Of a DNA stretch of 64,000 nt, positions 50,534-63,808 are shown piece by piece. The DNA is taken from NCBI RefSeq assembly GCF_006345805.1, contig NC_043007.1:14322001-14386000 (forward strand), given 5' to 3'. Numbering within the stretch: the first letter of the stretch is position 1; each line of letters begins with the position of its first letter. Origin of the DNA: Octopus sinensis. Its lineage: Eukaryota. The translations under genes and the position numbers were made by a program. The notes beneath the pieces are model-generated. The model did not search any database. It saw only the letters and a program-made list of their open reading frames with translations, and had not been told where the DNA came from.

Positions 50534-50785
50534 ATATGTTACATTACTCGGTAGTCAAGATAAAACTCTGAGTTTCAGATGCCAAAGTGGAAATCCACAA
50601 CACCATCTCTTCGGTTATCTGGCCAGATAACCGAAGAGATGGTGTTGTGGATTCCACTTTGGCATCTGAAACTCAGAGTTTTATCTTGACTACCGAGTAA
50701 TGTAACATATGTATAGATAAATTTCCTCTATTTACATAATATTGAGGTCTCTTTCTTTCTTTTGTTATCTTACCATTTTATCAAT
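50534..50785. mobile_element. Palindromic element, copy 2 (loopless palindrome 50534-50710), inside the microsatellite of a family-B SINE
   Basis: Self-complementary about ATCTGG|CCAGAT, with one 1-nt indel. Confidence 0.85.
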
Positions 50786-51429
50786 ATATATATATATATA
50801 TATATATACACAATGGGCGTCTTTCAGTTTCTGTCTACCAAATCCTTTCACAAGGCTTTGGTCGGCACAGGCTATAGTAGAAGACACCTGCCCAAGGTGT
50901 CACACAGTGGGACTGAACCCGGAACCATGTGGTTGGGGAGCAAGCTTCTTACCACACAGCCACTCCTGTGCCATTTTATCACATTTTTCATTCTTTTCAA
51001 AGTCAACTGAATCAAAGACAATAGGGTTAGTAACTAAGATGGTTTTAAGCAGCCTAGAATTATCCAACATCATTGTAAAGAAAGAACCATATGGATACAA
51101 ACTCTATTTGTTTTTTTTTTCGTTAATAACAAGGGAAAGGAGACAAACATTTCATTTTTTTTGTTTCCGTGGTAGTGGTTCTACATTTGTCAGCTTCAGA
51201 GCCACGGATCTTGTGTATTATAGAATACAACCTGAGTATACCACTGTGATACAATGGTTAAAATGTGCCTACACATGGTACCGATTAATGGCTTGGTAGT
51301 TTGGAGCGATTAAATAGTGTCTTTGCTCCAGTGATGAAATCTAAACTACAGACTGTCTTTGATTGATATGATTCTAATGACTCAGTCAACCGTGACAACT
51401 CTAAATAAAACTGAACACAATAAATATGA

Positions 51430-52010
51430 TGGCGATGTTGTTTTTGTTGTTGTTGATGATGATGGTGGTGGTGGTGGTGATGGTGGTGGTGGTTGTGGTG
51501 GAGATAATTACGGTGGATATGGTGATGATAGTTGCTCCCCACTCTGCACTAGAGGACGACACCTATGATCAACGGTATTCCAATCATGACCATACCATCG
51601 ACTTGTATATTCAGAGCAGTGAGATGCCAAGGTGTGATTCGAGGGAGATTTTTTTTGTGCTATTATTAGAACGTAGACTACCACATAGAAAGAAGCTCCC
51701 CTCAATGGTTTGTGACGATGATGATGATGATGATTATGATCATGATCAAGATCATGATAATAGTCATCATCATCATCATCATCCTCACGATCGCAACTAC
51801 TACTACTACTACTACTATGATGACGACGATGGTTGAGTTGGTGATGTCGGCGGCGGCGGCGGTGGGTGGTGGAGGTAGTTGAGTTGAGGTATGATGATGA
51901 CAGCAATGGTGACTGCTCCTGCTGCTGCTACTGATCATGATGATGATGATGATGATGATGAAGACGGTGGTGGTGGTGGTTGGTGGTGGTAAGGGTAGTG
52001 GTAGTGTGGA
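51430..52010. repeat. Mixed trinucleotide low-complexity region with an embedded old repeat
   Basis: (GGT), (GAT), (CAT), (CTA) and (GGC) runs; 51560-51660 matches the ACCTATGATCAA...GAGGGAGATTT repeat also seen at ~14890-15270. Confidence 0.8.
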
Positions 52011-52460
52011 GTGTAGGAGATGGTGAATTTTGTGGTGACAGCGAAGCGATGCTGATAGGGGCGGAGGGAACATGATGGCGGCGGGGAGGGGGGGGCCATG
52101 ATAGGAAAACCTTTTTGTTTTCCTTTTTTCTTCTTTTTTTTCTTTTGGCTCGAGAGACAAACGCATCCCGTACCTTGTTTGGTTGTGGGGTGGGGGAAGA
52201 GGATTGACCGATAAGATGTTTAATATTTTGTCGAGGTTGAGAGATTTTTATTTCCCCCCCCCCCCGGTAACATACCAAGCAATTCCACAGGCTGCAGTCT
52301 AACGAGAGGTGTGTGTACGTGTGTGTGTGTGTATGTGTGTGTATGTGTGTCTGTGTTTGTGGGGGGGGGGGGTAGCCTAGCTCAATTGATGCCGCATTTT
52401 CGTTTAGCTCTGAGCTACTAAAGCTTGTTATCGCCACTATCTCTGAGAAAGTGAGAAAGC

Positions 52461-52496
<36 letters not shown>

Positions 52497-52504
52497 TGTA
52501 TGTT

Positions 52505-52537
<33 letters not shown>

Positions 52538-52789
52538 AAGAGAAATTCTTGTAATCTGTCTGTTTATAATAGATACTTGGATCGTACATATTGTAACTTA
52601 TGATATTTTGACAACTTTTTCCAGCGGGAATCACCATTCCCTGCCATTTCCGCCGTTCCATCACCTGGAGAATACGTGGAGTGTGTGTGCACTCAACGTG
52701 CGGAAGACGGTGTCTTTTTATAGATCTCTGCTTTTACACACACACCTACACACACACACATACACACACACACACACATACACACACCT

Positions 52790-52826
<37 letters not shown>

Positions 52827-53101
52827 CTCATACCGCGCGCGCGCGCACACACACCACACACACATACACCCGCATCATTGAATGATTGATTGATTGATTA
52901 AGCGACAGAAATAAAGATAAATGAAGCGGGGAAAATACCACAAGGAGAAGCGAAAGTACCTTTTTATTTTTCTTCAAAATTAAATACACTTAAGTTGGTT
53001 CCTTTTTCCTGAAAAATCTACACGCTCTCCATTTGGTGAAGATAACAAGAAGCGCAGATGTAGGTGCGTGTTGAAGGTATCTCTGAAGCAAAGCTTAACA
53101 G

Positions 53102-53330
53102 ATGGAAGGCAAACTCCCATTTGAAAGTCTCCTACTCAGGCGTCAAAACACTATGATGTCGACAAATGTTCCTCGAAAGCAAAGCACTCCTCCGCCACAG
53201 TCAGTCTATTTAAATTATCTGCGCGGATGGCTAGGAGCGATGTCCCTCATTTCGTTTGCGAATGGTATGCAGTCGTTCGTCGATATGAAATTTCTCCATA
53301 AATCCATCTACACGAATTCAACAGGCTCAG
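53102..53330 (+). CDS. ERG28: ERG28 (C14orf1) coding exon 1; start at ATG 53102 or ATG 53153
   Basis: Translates ...YLNYLRGWLGAMSLISFANGMQSFVDMKFLHKSIYTNSTGS, aligning with human ERG28 FLNVLRSWLVMVSIIAMGNTLQSFRDHTFLYEKLYTG (recalled). Ends at TCAG|GTAAAT, phase 1. In-frame TAA lies 6 nt upstream of ATG 53102. Confidence 0.9.
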
Positions 53331-56300
53331 GTAAATAAGTAGAGAGAGAAAAAAAAATGAAACAGAAGCAACACGAAACATAAATAAAAGCTGTACATAC
53401 ATACATACTGACAGACATACATACACACATACACACATACACATAAGCACATGCATACATATTTGCACACACCTACTTAAATACATAGATAAACATACAA
53501 ACACACAAATTTACACGATCAGACACAAACGAGCCAATGAGAGTGCTTCTACGTGGTCATCCTGCCTGCTAGAAATAGCAACGAAACCACTCATGTCACA
53601 CTATACTATCTTAAAAAAAAAAAAAAAAAACAAAAGGAATTACATGATATAGCAGAGTCCAATATATAGTTGAAAAGAAAAAAAAATATACAGTATGACC
53701 ACAGTTGGAAATCCTTTAATTATAGTTTTGCTGGATCAGAACAGAATTGGTGCTCATTAATAATCAGACAACACATATTTACACAAATCATATATGAAGA
53801 GACTCTAACATACACACAAACACAGACCAGCAAATATATTACACAGATAACGATAGGAGCTATAAATACACACAATATTAAACATATAGTTGTGTGTTTT
53901 CCAAATAATGATTTCGTTTTTGATAAAATAGAAGATTTATTTGGTTTCATAAATTGATTTAATATATTAGTAATTAGTTTATCAACTTCATAAGGATGAA
54001 AGTGAAGGCCAGTCAACCTGGGAAATATGACAGACCGCCGAGCCAGCGACAGAACCTCTTCGCAGTTGTTTCATCTGCGAAAAAAGCGCTGGTCAAATTC
54101 CTCGAATTGTATCTTATCGTCGCAGAAAAGGACACATAGAATGATGTAGTTCTTGATACACTATGTCTAGAAATAAAACGAATTTCTCAGGGCTGACATG
54201 AAGTTAACAACTAAAAATACCGATCTTAAAATAACTATAAAACACCTAAGGTTGTTAGCTAGTTTTCGGCTTGGCTTAATTAAGCAGAACTTGCTTAATT
54301 AAGTCACACGAATTTTATGGGTTACCATGCACAACACGTTACTATGTGAAACATGTCCTATAATTATAAACAGTTGTTATATAATTCCTATTGGAATTAC
54401 CATTTGATTTTGTTACAACACCTGTATCGTAACGCGATGTAGTCGTACTCTTCGAGATACGCACATATACACGCGCATATGTGTGTGTGTGTATTATATA
54501 TATTATATATATCCGCACACACCGTGGCAGTGTCCAAGTGCTAATACATCCGTTGTATAATTTTATAATCTCTTGAACATGCCTTTTTTTTTTAGTTGTT
54601 TAGTTCCAGGTCCTCACTGACAGGGCAAAAATATGGACAATGGCTTTCTAGCCACGACCGTCCTGTTATTTCTCCCAGCTATTGTGTATCTAAGACTACC
54701 TTAGCCAAAGTGTCCTTCTTTTTTCACTTGTGATTTGAAGGAGTTTGAACTGCTATTGCTAGTATCTCGAGGCTCCCCCGTAGTACATGCCCTCGTGCTC
54801 TACATAATTACCACACACATACGCGCGCGCGAGAGACAGAGAGTAGCAATCACTGACTTATGACCGATCGCTCATTATTGCTGTTTATATGCGATGAATG
54901 CCAATTGAGCAATGAAAACCTCAAACAACCCGGATTGTTGATCTTTCTAGTTGTAACAAGATTGTTGATTTTCCCAGTTCGTGACCGAATTGATACTACT
55001 CGAGTTCTACAATGCGCTCCAAGAATAGTGACTAGTGTCATACCAGAACGATTCTCTAGTCACCTTATATGACTATGATAGATATCATTATAGCATTAGT
55101 CATCCCTAACGTTGCTCTATAGAGACCTACAAATAATGACAATTGAGGTTGTTCTTTTATTTACCCAGATCATTCCTGATCCTGCAGATCGATTACCAAG
55201 GATGATCCAGCTGTGGCCGCCCAGCCTCTTTTCCCCCCTTTTAGACTTTGCCTATCTAAGACTACATTATCCAATGTGTCCTTTTTTTATGACAATAGCT
55301 GTTATTTCTAGGAGATCTCAAGTGACTGTAGAGAGAGGCTTCCCATGTTGATTCGTGACAGCTGAGATTGTTGTGTAGCCCACATCAGCCCTTGTCGAGT
55401 ACCATTGTTGCATGCAGGTAGTCGGGCAAACGACGAGACACGAGCCATAGATTCATCCTCCCAATTATACCATGTCTTCTCTTAACTGAGAACCATACTG
55501 TACATCTGGTATGTTGTGATGAATTGTATTGGGTCCAGTGTGACAGTCTGAACAGATTACAACCTGTCTATTGTCCAGCCTATTTCTGTTCGCCCGTACA
55601 TTCTGAGAACGGTTACAGAAGTAGCAGGTGAGGTCAGAAAGCAACTGCTGCACCTCCTCGGGTTATATTCTAGCACTGTATTTGGGGATAACGTGGATAT
55701 TTGATGGTTTACACAAGATAAATTTGGACAGTTTGAGATTTGTAAAACTGAATATGAAATACATGTTCTCAGGATGGAAGGGAGATAATTTCAATAGGAC
55801 ATCTTACATAAGCATGAACTATCCTTTTTTAACATCTGTGGAAGAACGACCTGTTAGATATGGCCAAACAATTTCCTTCACAACGCACCCATCGTCTTAA
55901 AAAAAAGTGAAGGGTTCATTAGATAATATAGTCCATAAATATCACTAGAAATGCGGGAATGCATCCGATCATCTTGCTTAAGCAATCAAATTCTTTAGTT
56001 CGTTAGATCTATCAAAAGATAAAACTATTGTTTTGATAAGTAACACTATCAAATGTACTGAAACTATTTATGTGAATGGAAGACAGTTTAAAGAATTAAT
56101 GTTTTTGTTGAAAACAAAGTGTATTCTCTATCTCTGTACAAACAGAGATTAAACGAAATATATATGTAAAAGATATGACACTACACAACTGTGGAATATG
56201 AACAGCTGATATAGGGAATCTGAAAAATTTGAGAATTACTAAGTTGAATTTTGTCTGATAGGTGTGCAAACTGAACTCATTTAGTCCTAGATCAACCTTG

Positions 56301-57384
56301 TGCATTCCAACCATGAACATCCTGTATTTTTAGTGATACCATAAGATGATGTTATCTGATGTGTTCTTCATCTTTTTAAGATGACAGGCATGATTTGAAG
56401 GAGATTTGGCTGCTACATGTAAGCAGCCTACTATATGTAGCAGAAAGGTTGTGAATGAATGCTCCCTTGGTGCTGGGGACACCTAAAGAGCACTCAGTCC
56501 ACTCTGTAAAGTGGTTGGTGTTCGGAAGCGCATCCAGCTGTAAAAACCGTGTGGGGCTTGGTGCATTCCTCTGGCTTGCCAGCTTCTATCAAACCATTCA
56601 ACTCATGGCAGCATGGAAGACAGATGATAAATGGTGATGATGATTATCAAGATCTTTGGTCTATTTCTTCTGAAAAGGGGAACCAACTGAGTTTATAAGG
56701 GTGGTGAGTTGACAGAATCATTAGTCTCAGATAAAATGCCTGGAGGTATTTCTTCAAGCTTTTTACGTTCTGAGTTCAAATCTTACCAAGGTCAACTATG
56801 CCTATCTTTTAAGGTTACTAATTGAAAGTACCAATCAAATACTGAGGTTGATTTAATTAACTAATTAATTCCCACCAAATTTCAAGCCTTGTACCTATGT
56901 TGGAAACAATATGACAAAATTATATATATATATATATATATATATCATCATCATCAACGTTTAACATCCGCTTTCCATGCTGGCATGGGTTGGACGGTTT
57001 GACTGGGGACTGGTGAGCCAGATGGCTGCACAAGGCTCCAATCTGATCTGGCAGAGTTTCTACAGCTGGATGCCCTTCCTAACGCCAACCACTCTGAGAG
57101 TGTAGTGGGTGCTTTTACATGCCACCGGCATGAGGGCCAGTCAGGCGGTACTGGCAATGGCCATGCTCAAATGGTGTTTTTACGTGTCACCTGCACAGGA
57201 GCCAGTCCAGCGGCAAAAGCAACACCCTCGCTCGAATGTTGTTTTTCCTGTGCCACCAGCACATGTGCCAGTAAGGTGACGATATATATATATTATATAA
57301 TATAATATGTATATAATAATAATAATAATAATGAAATTATTGTATACAGTGTCAGGTGCACCACAACTTGTCAAAAGTGTGTAT

Positions 57385-57600
57385 AAAGCATATGCATTAA
57401 TGTACAAATGTCTGGAAAGTGAACAGTGTATGAGTCAGATACATGCTTGCATGTGTGTATGGAGGGGAGAAAATCAGGTGTAGTGTTGGTGAATCTCAGG
57501 AAGCATGGTAGTTTTGAAGGATGCTGTACTCTGACTGACCAGACTATCAGATGTTATACATTGCTGGTCACAATGTGCTTTGCATTGTTTTAGCTTCTAA
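57385..57600 (-). mobile_element. CR1-like 3' remnant
   Basis: ASFKTTMLPEIHQHYT* followed by UTR-like sequence. Confidence 0.45.
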
Positions 57601-59318
57601 ATGAACCCGTGTGTGTGTGTGTGTGTGTGTAGATGTAGTATGGCTGAATGGTTAAGAAGTTCACTTGAGGTATGTCGAACCTATAATTCAAAAGATACAG
57701 CATTGTCACACACTGAATTACAGGATCACTTTAAGAGCACACATATCTCTGGAATACTCAGCCACTTACATGCTCATTGAATGAGCATGTAATTTAATTG
57801 AATAAACAACTGAATCTTCATCATCAAACGATGACAATCCACCACCACCACCACACCATTTACACACACACACACTCCTTATATTGTTGTTAACAAAGAT
57901 AAATTTCACCCTGTTACATAATTAAATTTTTTTTCATGCATGACTAACATATACAAAAACAGGTTCCATCATAATTTTTAACTTCTTGATTTAGCCTTGT
58001 GGTAAGAACCTCAGACTTAAGACCAAGGTTCCAATATTGAATGGCTGAATTATTAGAAACTGCTTACTCATGCATGAAATGTGATGTTAGTGGAGACCAA
58101 ATTGGGAAGTTAACAAAAACTTTTGTTAATATCAAAATAAATATCAAATGGAAATTGTAGTTGTGATACCTGTGCCGGTGGCACATAAAAAGCACCATCC
58201 GAACGTGGCCGATGCCAGCGCCACCTTGACTGGCTTCTGTGCCAGTGGCACGTAAAAAACACCAACCAATTGTGGCCGCTGCCAGCCTCCCCTGGCACCT
58301 GTGCCAGTGGCACGTAAAAAGCACCCACTACACTCACAGAGTGGTTGACGTTAGGAAGGGCATCCAGCTGTAGAAACTCTGCCAGATCAGACTGGAGCCT
58401 GGTGCAGCCTCCTGGCTTCCCAGACCACGGTTGAACCATCCAACCCCTGCTAGCACGGAAAATGGATGTTAAACGACGATGATGATGATGATGAAGTTAA
58501 AAATAATGCACAAGGGAAAACACCCCTGAACTTTGCAGGTCCTCGCACTGGTGTGATTGAGGTTTGCTTACATCTGTAAGGTGATATCTGCAGCAAAAGT
58601 AAGGTCGAGAAGGATACCAAAGGCCTGGTGTTTTTGTTTGGAAGAAGGAATACTGCAAAAGGCATCCAAAGTTGCAGTGTTAAACTGGCCAGCACATCAA
58701 AGCTGTCCTTCTCAAGGTTGTTCTTAATGAAATAGAAAGGAAGCTATTGAAAACTGAAGCCAAATGTGAAAGAAGAGGTTTATCAAGCGCTTACCTCTAC
58801 TCAAAGTATCTACTACAACCATCCCTGTACTGGCCAGGTCACCTGTAAAGTTATACACACACAGACATAGTTTTGTTATACTTTTTATCTACCTCTCTTT
58901 TACTCTCTTACTTGTTTCTGTCATTTGACTGCAGCCATGCTGGAGCACCGCCTTTAGTCGAGCAAATCGACCCCAGGACTTATTCTTTGTAAGCCTAGTA
59001 CTTATTCTATCGGTTGCTTTTGTCAAACAGCTAAGTCATGGGAACGTAAACACACCGCCATCGGTTGTCAAGCGATGTTGTGGGGACAAACACAGACACA
59101 CAAACACACACATATATATATACATATATACGACAGGCTTCTTTCAGTTTCCGTCTACCAAATCCACTCACAAGGCTTTGGTCGGCCCGAGGCTATAGTA
59201 GAAGACACTTGCCCATGGTGCCACACAGTGGGACTGAACCCGGAAGCATGTGGTTGGTAAGCAAGCTACTTACCACACAGCCACTCCTGCGCCTACCATT
59301 CAAAATAGTCATGCAAAT

Positions 59319-59349
<31 letters not shown>

Positions 59350-59426
59350 GTTTTATTGGATTTTTAATCTAACATTCATATTAGTCATTCGAAACATAAT
59401 ATCTGAAAGTGAAAATAATATTATGG

Positions 59427-59849
59427 TGGATCTTTTCGGTTTGAACGGCAGTTTCTAACATAATTTCTAGGTAACTAAAAAATTTTAAACTTCGTATACT
59501 GGTAGAATGTGCTTATAAAACATCTTTTTCTCTTGGCTTTATTGAGAAAATTCTATAGTTTGTAAGATATTTGTTGTTTTATTTGTTGTTTTTCTTCAAT
59601 TTCTGCAATTTCAACCAATCACTGACGTCTATTGAAGTAAAAAAACATTCTGTACCATATGAATATGTCCCTCGTTTAAGAAACAGATTGGGTTTATTTA
59701 CATTTGTGAAGAAAAAAAAGATACCCTCCCCCCACCCCTAACCCTAAAACAGATTGAAATGCAATAGATCGATACTAGGGTCATAATTATGGGTGACAAT
59801 TTCATATGACACTGCTAGAAAAAACTGCCGTTCAAACCTAAAAGATCCA
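59427..59849. mobile_element. MITE with ~28 bp TIRs in ERG28 intron 1
   Basis: TGGATCTTTTCGGTTTGAACGGCAGTTT ... AAACTGCCGTTCAAACCTAAAAGATCCA, flanked on both sides by TTATGG. Confidence 0.75.
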
Positions 59850-59948
59850 TTATGGTTTGTACTTTTCCTAAGACTTTATTGTCAGATTAATTCCTTCAAG
59901 AATTGCTTCATTACTGACCACAGGTCTTTCTCTTCTATTTTTGTTTAG

Positions 59949-60039
59949 TTAACCCTCTAATGGCTCGGATATTTGGTACTTGGTCTCTTCTTTCTGCATT
60001 CCTCAGAATCAGCTGTTCTCTGGATTTTTCTAACTCCAT
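59949..60039 (+). CDS. ERG28: ERG28 coding exon 2 (91 nt)
   Basis: ttttgtttag| (V)NPLMARIFGTWSLLSAFLRISCSLDFSNS(M) |gtaagt; matches human [30 protein letters not shown]; frame continuous with exon 1. Confidence 0.95.
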
Positions 60040-60762
60040 GTAAGTTAATTATAAGGAATTCTAGCATTGGCACAAGACCACTTTTGATTACTGCTTATTT
60101 TATTGATCATAGGAGAATGAAAGACAAAGCCTGCCCTAGTGGGATTTGAACCCAGAACAAAAATAAATACCCCAAGACATTTTGTCAAGTGATCTTACAA
60201 TTCTGCTACCTACTGCCATCTAGACTGACAGTTAAATATTCTTTTCTACTCTAGGCACAAGGCCTGAAATTTTTGGGGGTAGGGGCCAGTCAATTAGATT
60301 GACCCCAGCAAACAACTAGTACTTAATTTATTAACCCCGAAGGGATGAAAGGCAAAGTCAACCTTGGCAGAATTTGAACTCAGAACGTAACGACAGACGA
60401 AATACTTCTTTCTTTAGAGGGGACAAACAAGGACAGACAAATGGATTAAGTCGATTACATCAACCCCAGTGGTTAATTCTAAATAATGTGAATTAATAAA
60501 TATTAAACTTAACAGATTAACCTTAATCATGTCTTCCTTTATGAATTTTTAAAGCTGGTTTTAAAATTTTGATTTCTTTTTGATTATTCACGATTTAAAT
60601 TTTGCTTTTAATCTTGGAAAAATGTTTAAGAAATGTAGAAGTAATTGAATGCAATATTTTTTTTTTTTTTTTTAATTAGACTGAACACCTTTGAAATCAG
60701 CTTTATTCATTTCTGATGTTTTGATAAATTTCAAAAAGTTGGCACCCAAATTATTTTTGCAG

Positions 60763-60881
60763 GTTATACCATATGACTTTGGTTTCATTCTTGATGTCTA
60801 GTGGACACTTCCTCTCTGAATTACTTTGGTTTCAGACGGCTGGCACAGGTACAGGTATTCTGGTGCAATTGCTTTTTTCAG
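60763..60881 (+). CDS. ERG28: ERG28 coding exon 3 (119 nt)
   Basis: tttttgcag| LYHMTLVSFLMSSGHFLSELLWFQTAGTGTGILVQLLFS(G) |gtaagt; matches human LYHITLWTFLLALGHFLSELFVYGTA. Confidence 0.95.
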
Positions 60882-61689
60882 GTAAGTCTTTTCCACTGGG
60901 GGATTTTGTGTTTTTATCACTCAGTCAACTATGACACTTTATAAGACTTCCACGATGGGTGTGAGGGAGGGAGGAAAGTTCCTTTAAACTAGATGCTTTG
61001 TCAGAAAGTTTCCAACAAAATCTACTCTGCTAAAAGTATATCTCGCAACCAGATGACAACATAAAACTAAATGATGGATTAGATTTACTATGTAAATCAG
61101 TTGCTGCAGTATTTGATCTTAGAACACAAAGAACTGGAAAAAATGTTGCAAGACATCCCATCTAATTCCAGTTTATTGCTCTAAAATTCTACTATATTTA
61201 TTGATCTTTGAAGAATGAAAAGCAAACTTGACCTCAGCAGGATTTGAACTCGGAGTGTCTGAAGATGGAATAAATAACACAAGCTGATGCTCTGACAACT
61301 CTGTCAATTCAACACCTATACGTGTAGACAGATGTGACTAGAACATATCCTTGCTGGTTATCTTCTAGTTATAATTTTACTGCTTTATTTATTAATACAT
61401 TAACACCGAGATACCTGTTGTTTTTATCAGAGGTGGTGTCATTAAATTATTTCATTTTTAGGCAATTTTCTTTTCTTACATCAATAAGTGTGCCATCTTG
61501 TATATTTATTGACTAATTCATTATTATTTCGAAAAATACAGGTAAAGCTATGTTTTGCTGATGAGGTCAGAATAAAACTTAAACCTGTTTGTCTGGAGTT
61601 GTCTCTCATACTTTGAGGAAAATGAAGAAATAACATTAGCCTTAAATTAATATCATTCTTTTTTTTTTTTACATTGCATATCTATTTCT

Positions 61690-61955
61690 GTGGAGGCGTG
61701 TGGCTTAGTGGTTAGAGTGTCAGCATCATGATCGTAAAATTGTGGTTTTGATTCCTGGACTGGGTGATGCGTTGTGCCCTTGAGCAAAACACTTCATTTC
61801 CGGTTGCTCCAGTCCACTCAGCAGGCAAAAATGAGTAACGCTGTGATGGACTGGCATCCCGTCCAGCTAGGGATCACATACGCCATAGAAACCGGGAAAC
61901 TGGGCCCATGAGCCTGGCTGGGCTTTAGAAGGGCTCATTTATTTATTTATTATTT
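61690..61955 (+). mobile_element. Family-E tRNA SINE with V-SINE-like domain
   Basis: GGCTTAGTGGTTAG A box, CTGTGATGGACTGGCATCCCGTCCAG, (ATTT)n tail. Copies at 26205-26455(-) and a tandem pair at 28257-28757(-). Confidence 0.85.
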
Positions 61956-62353
61956 ATATCTATTTCTACTGTTGTCACAAACTTACCTATTGTTAATATA
62001 ACTTAAACTTCATCTTAAATGCATCTTTGCTTTTGGGTCTACAAATTACTGTGATTTTAAACAGTTGTTAACCCTATGAAAGACTGCTACTAACAGAGTA
62101 ATCATCATCATCACCATCATTTATTATCCTCTTTCCATGCTGGCATGGGTTAGATGGTTTCACAGGAACTGGTAAGCTGGAGAGCTGCACCAGGCTCCAG
62201 TCTGATTTGGCATGGTTTCTACAGCCAGACACCTTTCCTAATGCCAACCACTCTGAGAGTGTAATGAGTGATTTTTATGTGCCACTGGCACAGGTCTAAA
62301 AATGTCTATTTGATTGAAAAGGTCAAGAAACTACATAGAAATTCCTTTATTTA

Positions 62354-62690
62354 ATTATTACCTCTGCCAAGGAAGGAGGTTATGTTTTCATGTGAACGGT
62401 ATTTGATGAAACTTGCAGGAAAAGTTGGTTAAGATACAAGAAACATATGATGAAATTTTGGTAGTGATCCAGGAATTTTTATGGATTCTTGAAGGATTTT
62501 TCCTTCATGTAAAGTAGAAAAATCTTGAAGGATTTTCCTACATTCTTTGATTATTTCCCTTGAAAACACGTTCATCGTTTCTACATAACCTATGGTGGCA
62601 TTGCTGTTTCCAAAGTTTATTTTCGTTTCTTTATTAGTAATTTTATTCGCGTATCTATCTTAAAATGAACTGCTTGGCAGAGGTCTGCAG
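62354..62690 (+). mobile_element. Helentron/DINE-like non-autonomous element, truncated where a CR1 remnant begins
   Basis: ATTACCTCTGCCAAGG...GGAGGTTATGTTTTC start and the complementary CTTGGCAGAGG sub-terminal repeat. Confidence 0.55.
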
Positions 62691-63182
62691 AGGATGACAA
62701 GATGACAAGCCTTGACTATTGGGATTGACTCAAAAAGCTCAGGCTTTGCTCCCTCCACCGCTGCTGTGAGCTCTATATCATCTGTACGATGTGGAAAATA
62801 TTCCATCAACATTGCCCATCTTTAAAATTTCATCCGAGGCTTGGCCCCCGTGCAATCTGTTCACTACAGAAATGTTTGTGTCGTATCACAACACTATGAC
62901 AGAACTATTTCCCCTCAATTGGCCCTACTCTCTTCAACATTGTGCCAGACACACATAAAGGAGGAAAGTGACTTCACAGCATCTGACAATCCCAAGATGA
63001 TTACTCCCAACAAATACCAGATAAACCACCCACACCCAGACATGTCTCTGAAAACAATAACCCTCTGCTTGAATGTGCTACGGTTCCCCAGAACTGACCA
63101 TGTATCTCTTCCAGGTGGTGCTATTAAATTAGACATGGCCTGAGTCAACTTCGGTTGAAACTTATCTGAGTAATCTAATCTA
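62686..63182 (+). mobile_element. Degraded CR1-like LINE ORF2 3' end in ERG28 intron 3
   Basis: LDYWD*LKKLRLCSLH..ELYIICTMWKIF...IGPTLFNIVP...IPDKPPTP, with stops and frameshifts, then an (ATCTA)n tail. Confidence 0.75.
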
Positions 63183-63559
63183 TGCTGTAACCTTTTAATC
63201 AAAGTATGACAACGTGGGTAGAAGCTGATATCTTAACATTTCTGATGGTCTTAAGTATAAAACAAAATTATTAAAGATTTATATAGAACTACATTCAGAG
63301 TATGTCTATAAGCTATTGTGTTTAGACCTGGTTTCTATCCTCAAACTGTTCCGTTTTGTAGATGCAATTTTTTTTTTTTAATACTAAACCACTCCGAAAT
63401 TAGAAAAATCAAAACTCGGCAACAATCTCGGTCCCACGAGTATCGGATAATGGATTTTCAACTGTGTAAAAAAATCTGATTGTGGTGATCGTAGTTTTGA
63501 CGGTGATTGTGGTGAGAGCAGAGACAGTGTTGATGATGACGATGGTCGAAATAAGTAAA

Positions 63560-63680
63560 GGAGGAGGTTATGTTTCTGCCGGTGTTGGTTTGGAAAATTG
63601 GGCGATTTTCAGCATGTGTGTATATGGGTGGGAATGAGCTGCTTGGCGGAGGTCTGCACTCTCCGAGTCCTTTTCTAGTT
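63560..63680 (+). mobile_element. Second short Helentron/DINE-like copy
   Basis: GGAGGTTATGTTTC...CTTGGCGGAGGTCTGCACTCTCCGAGTCCTTTTCTAGTT terminus. Confidence 0.55.
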
Positions 63681-63808
63681 TTATATTGATTCGTTACTTT
63701 TATAATGATTCCTCAACTTGATTAACTCTTAATTACATAAAAAAAAATTGATTCCTATTTGTTGTAAAAATTGATAATACTCATTAGCTTTCTATATTTC
63801 TCTTTCAG

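Noticed and set aside
51285-52437. His/Pro/Ser-rich minus-strand ORFs resembling a transcription factor or membrane protein
   Set aside because: In-frame stops, trinucleotide microsatellites, and the hydrophobic segment overlaps an old dispersed repeat.
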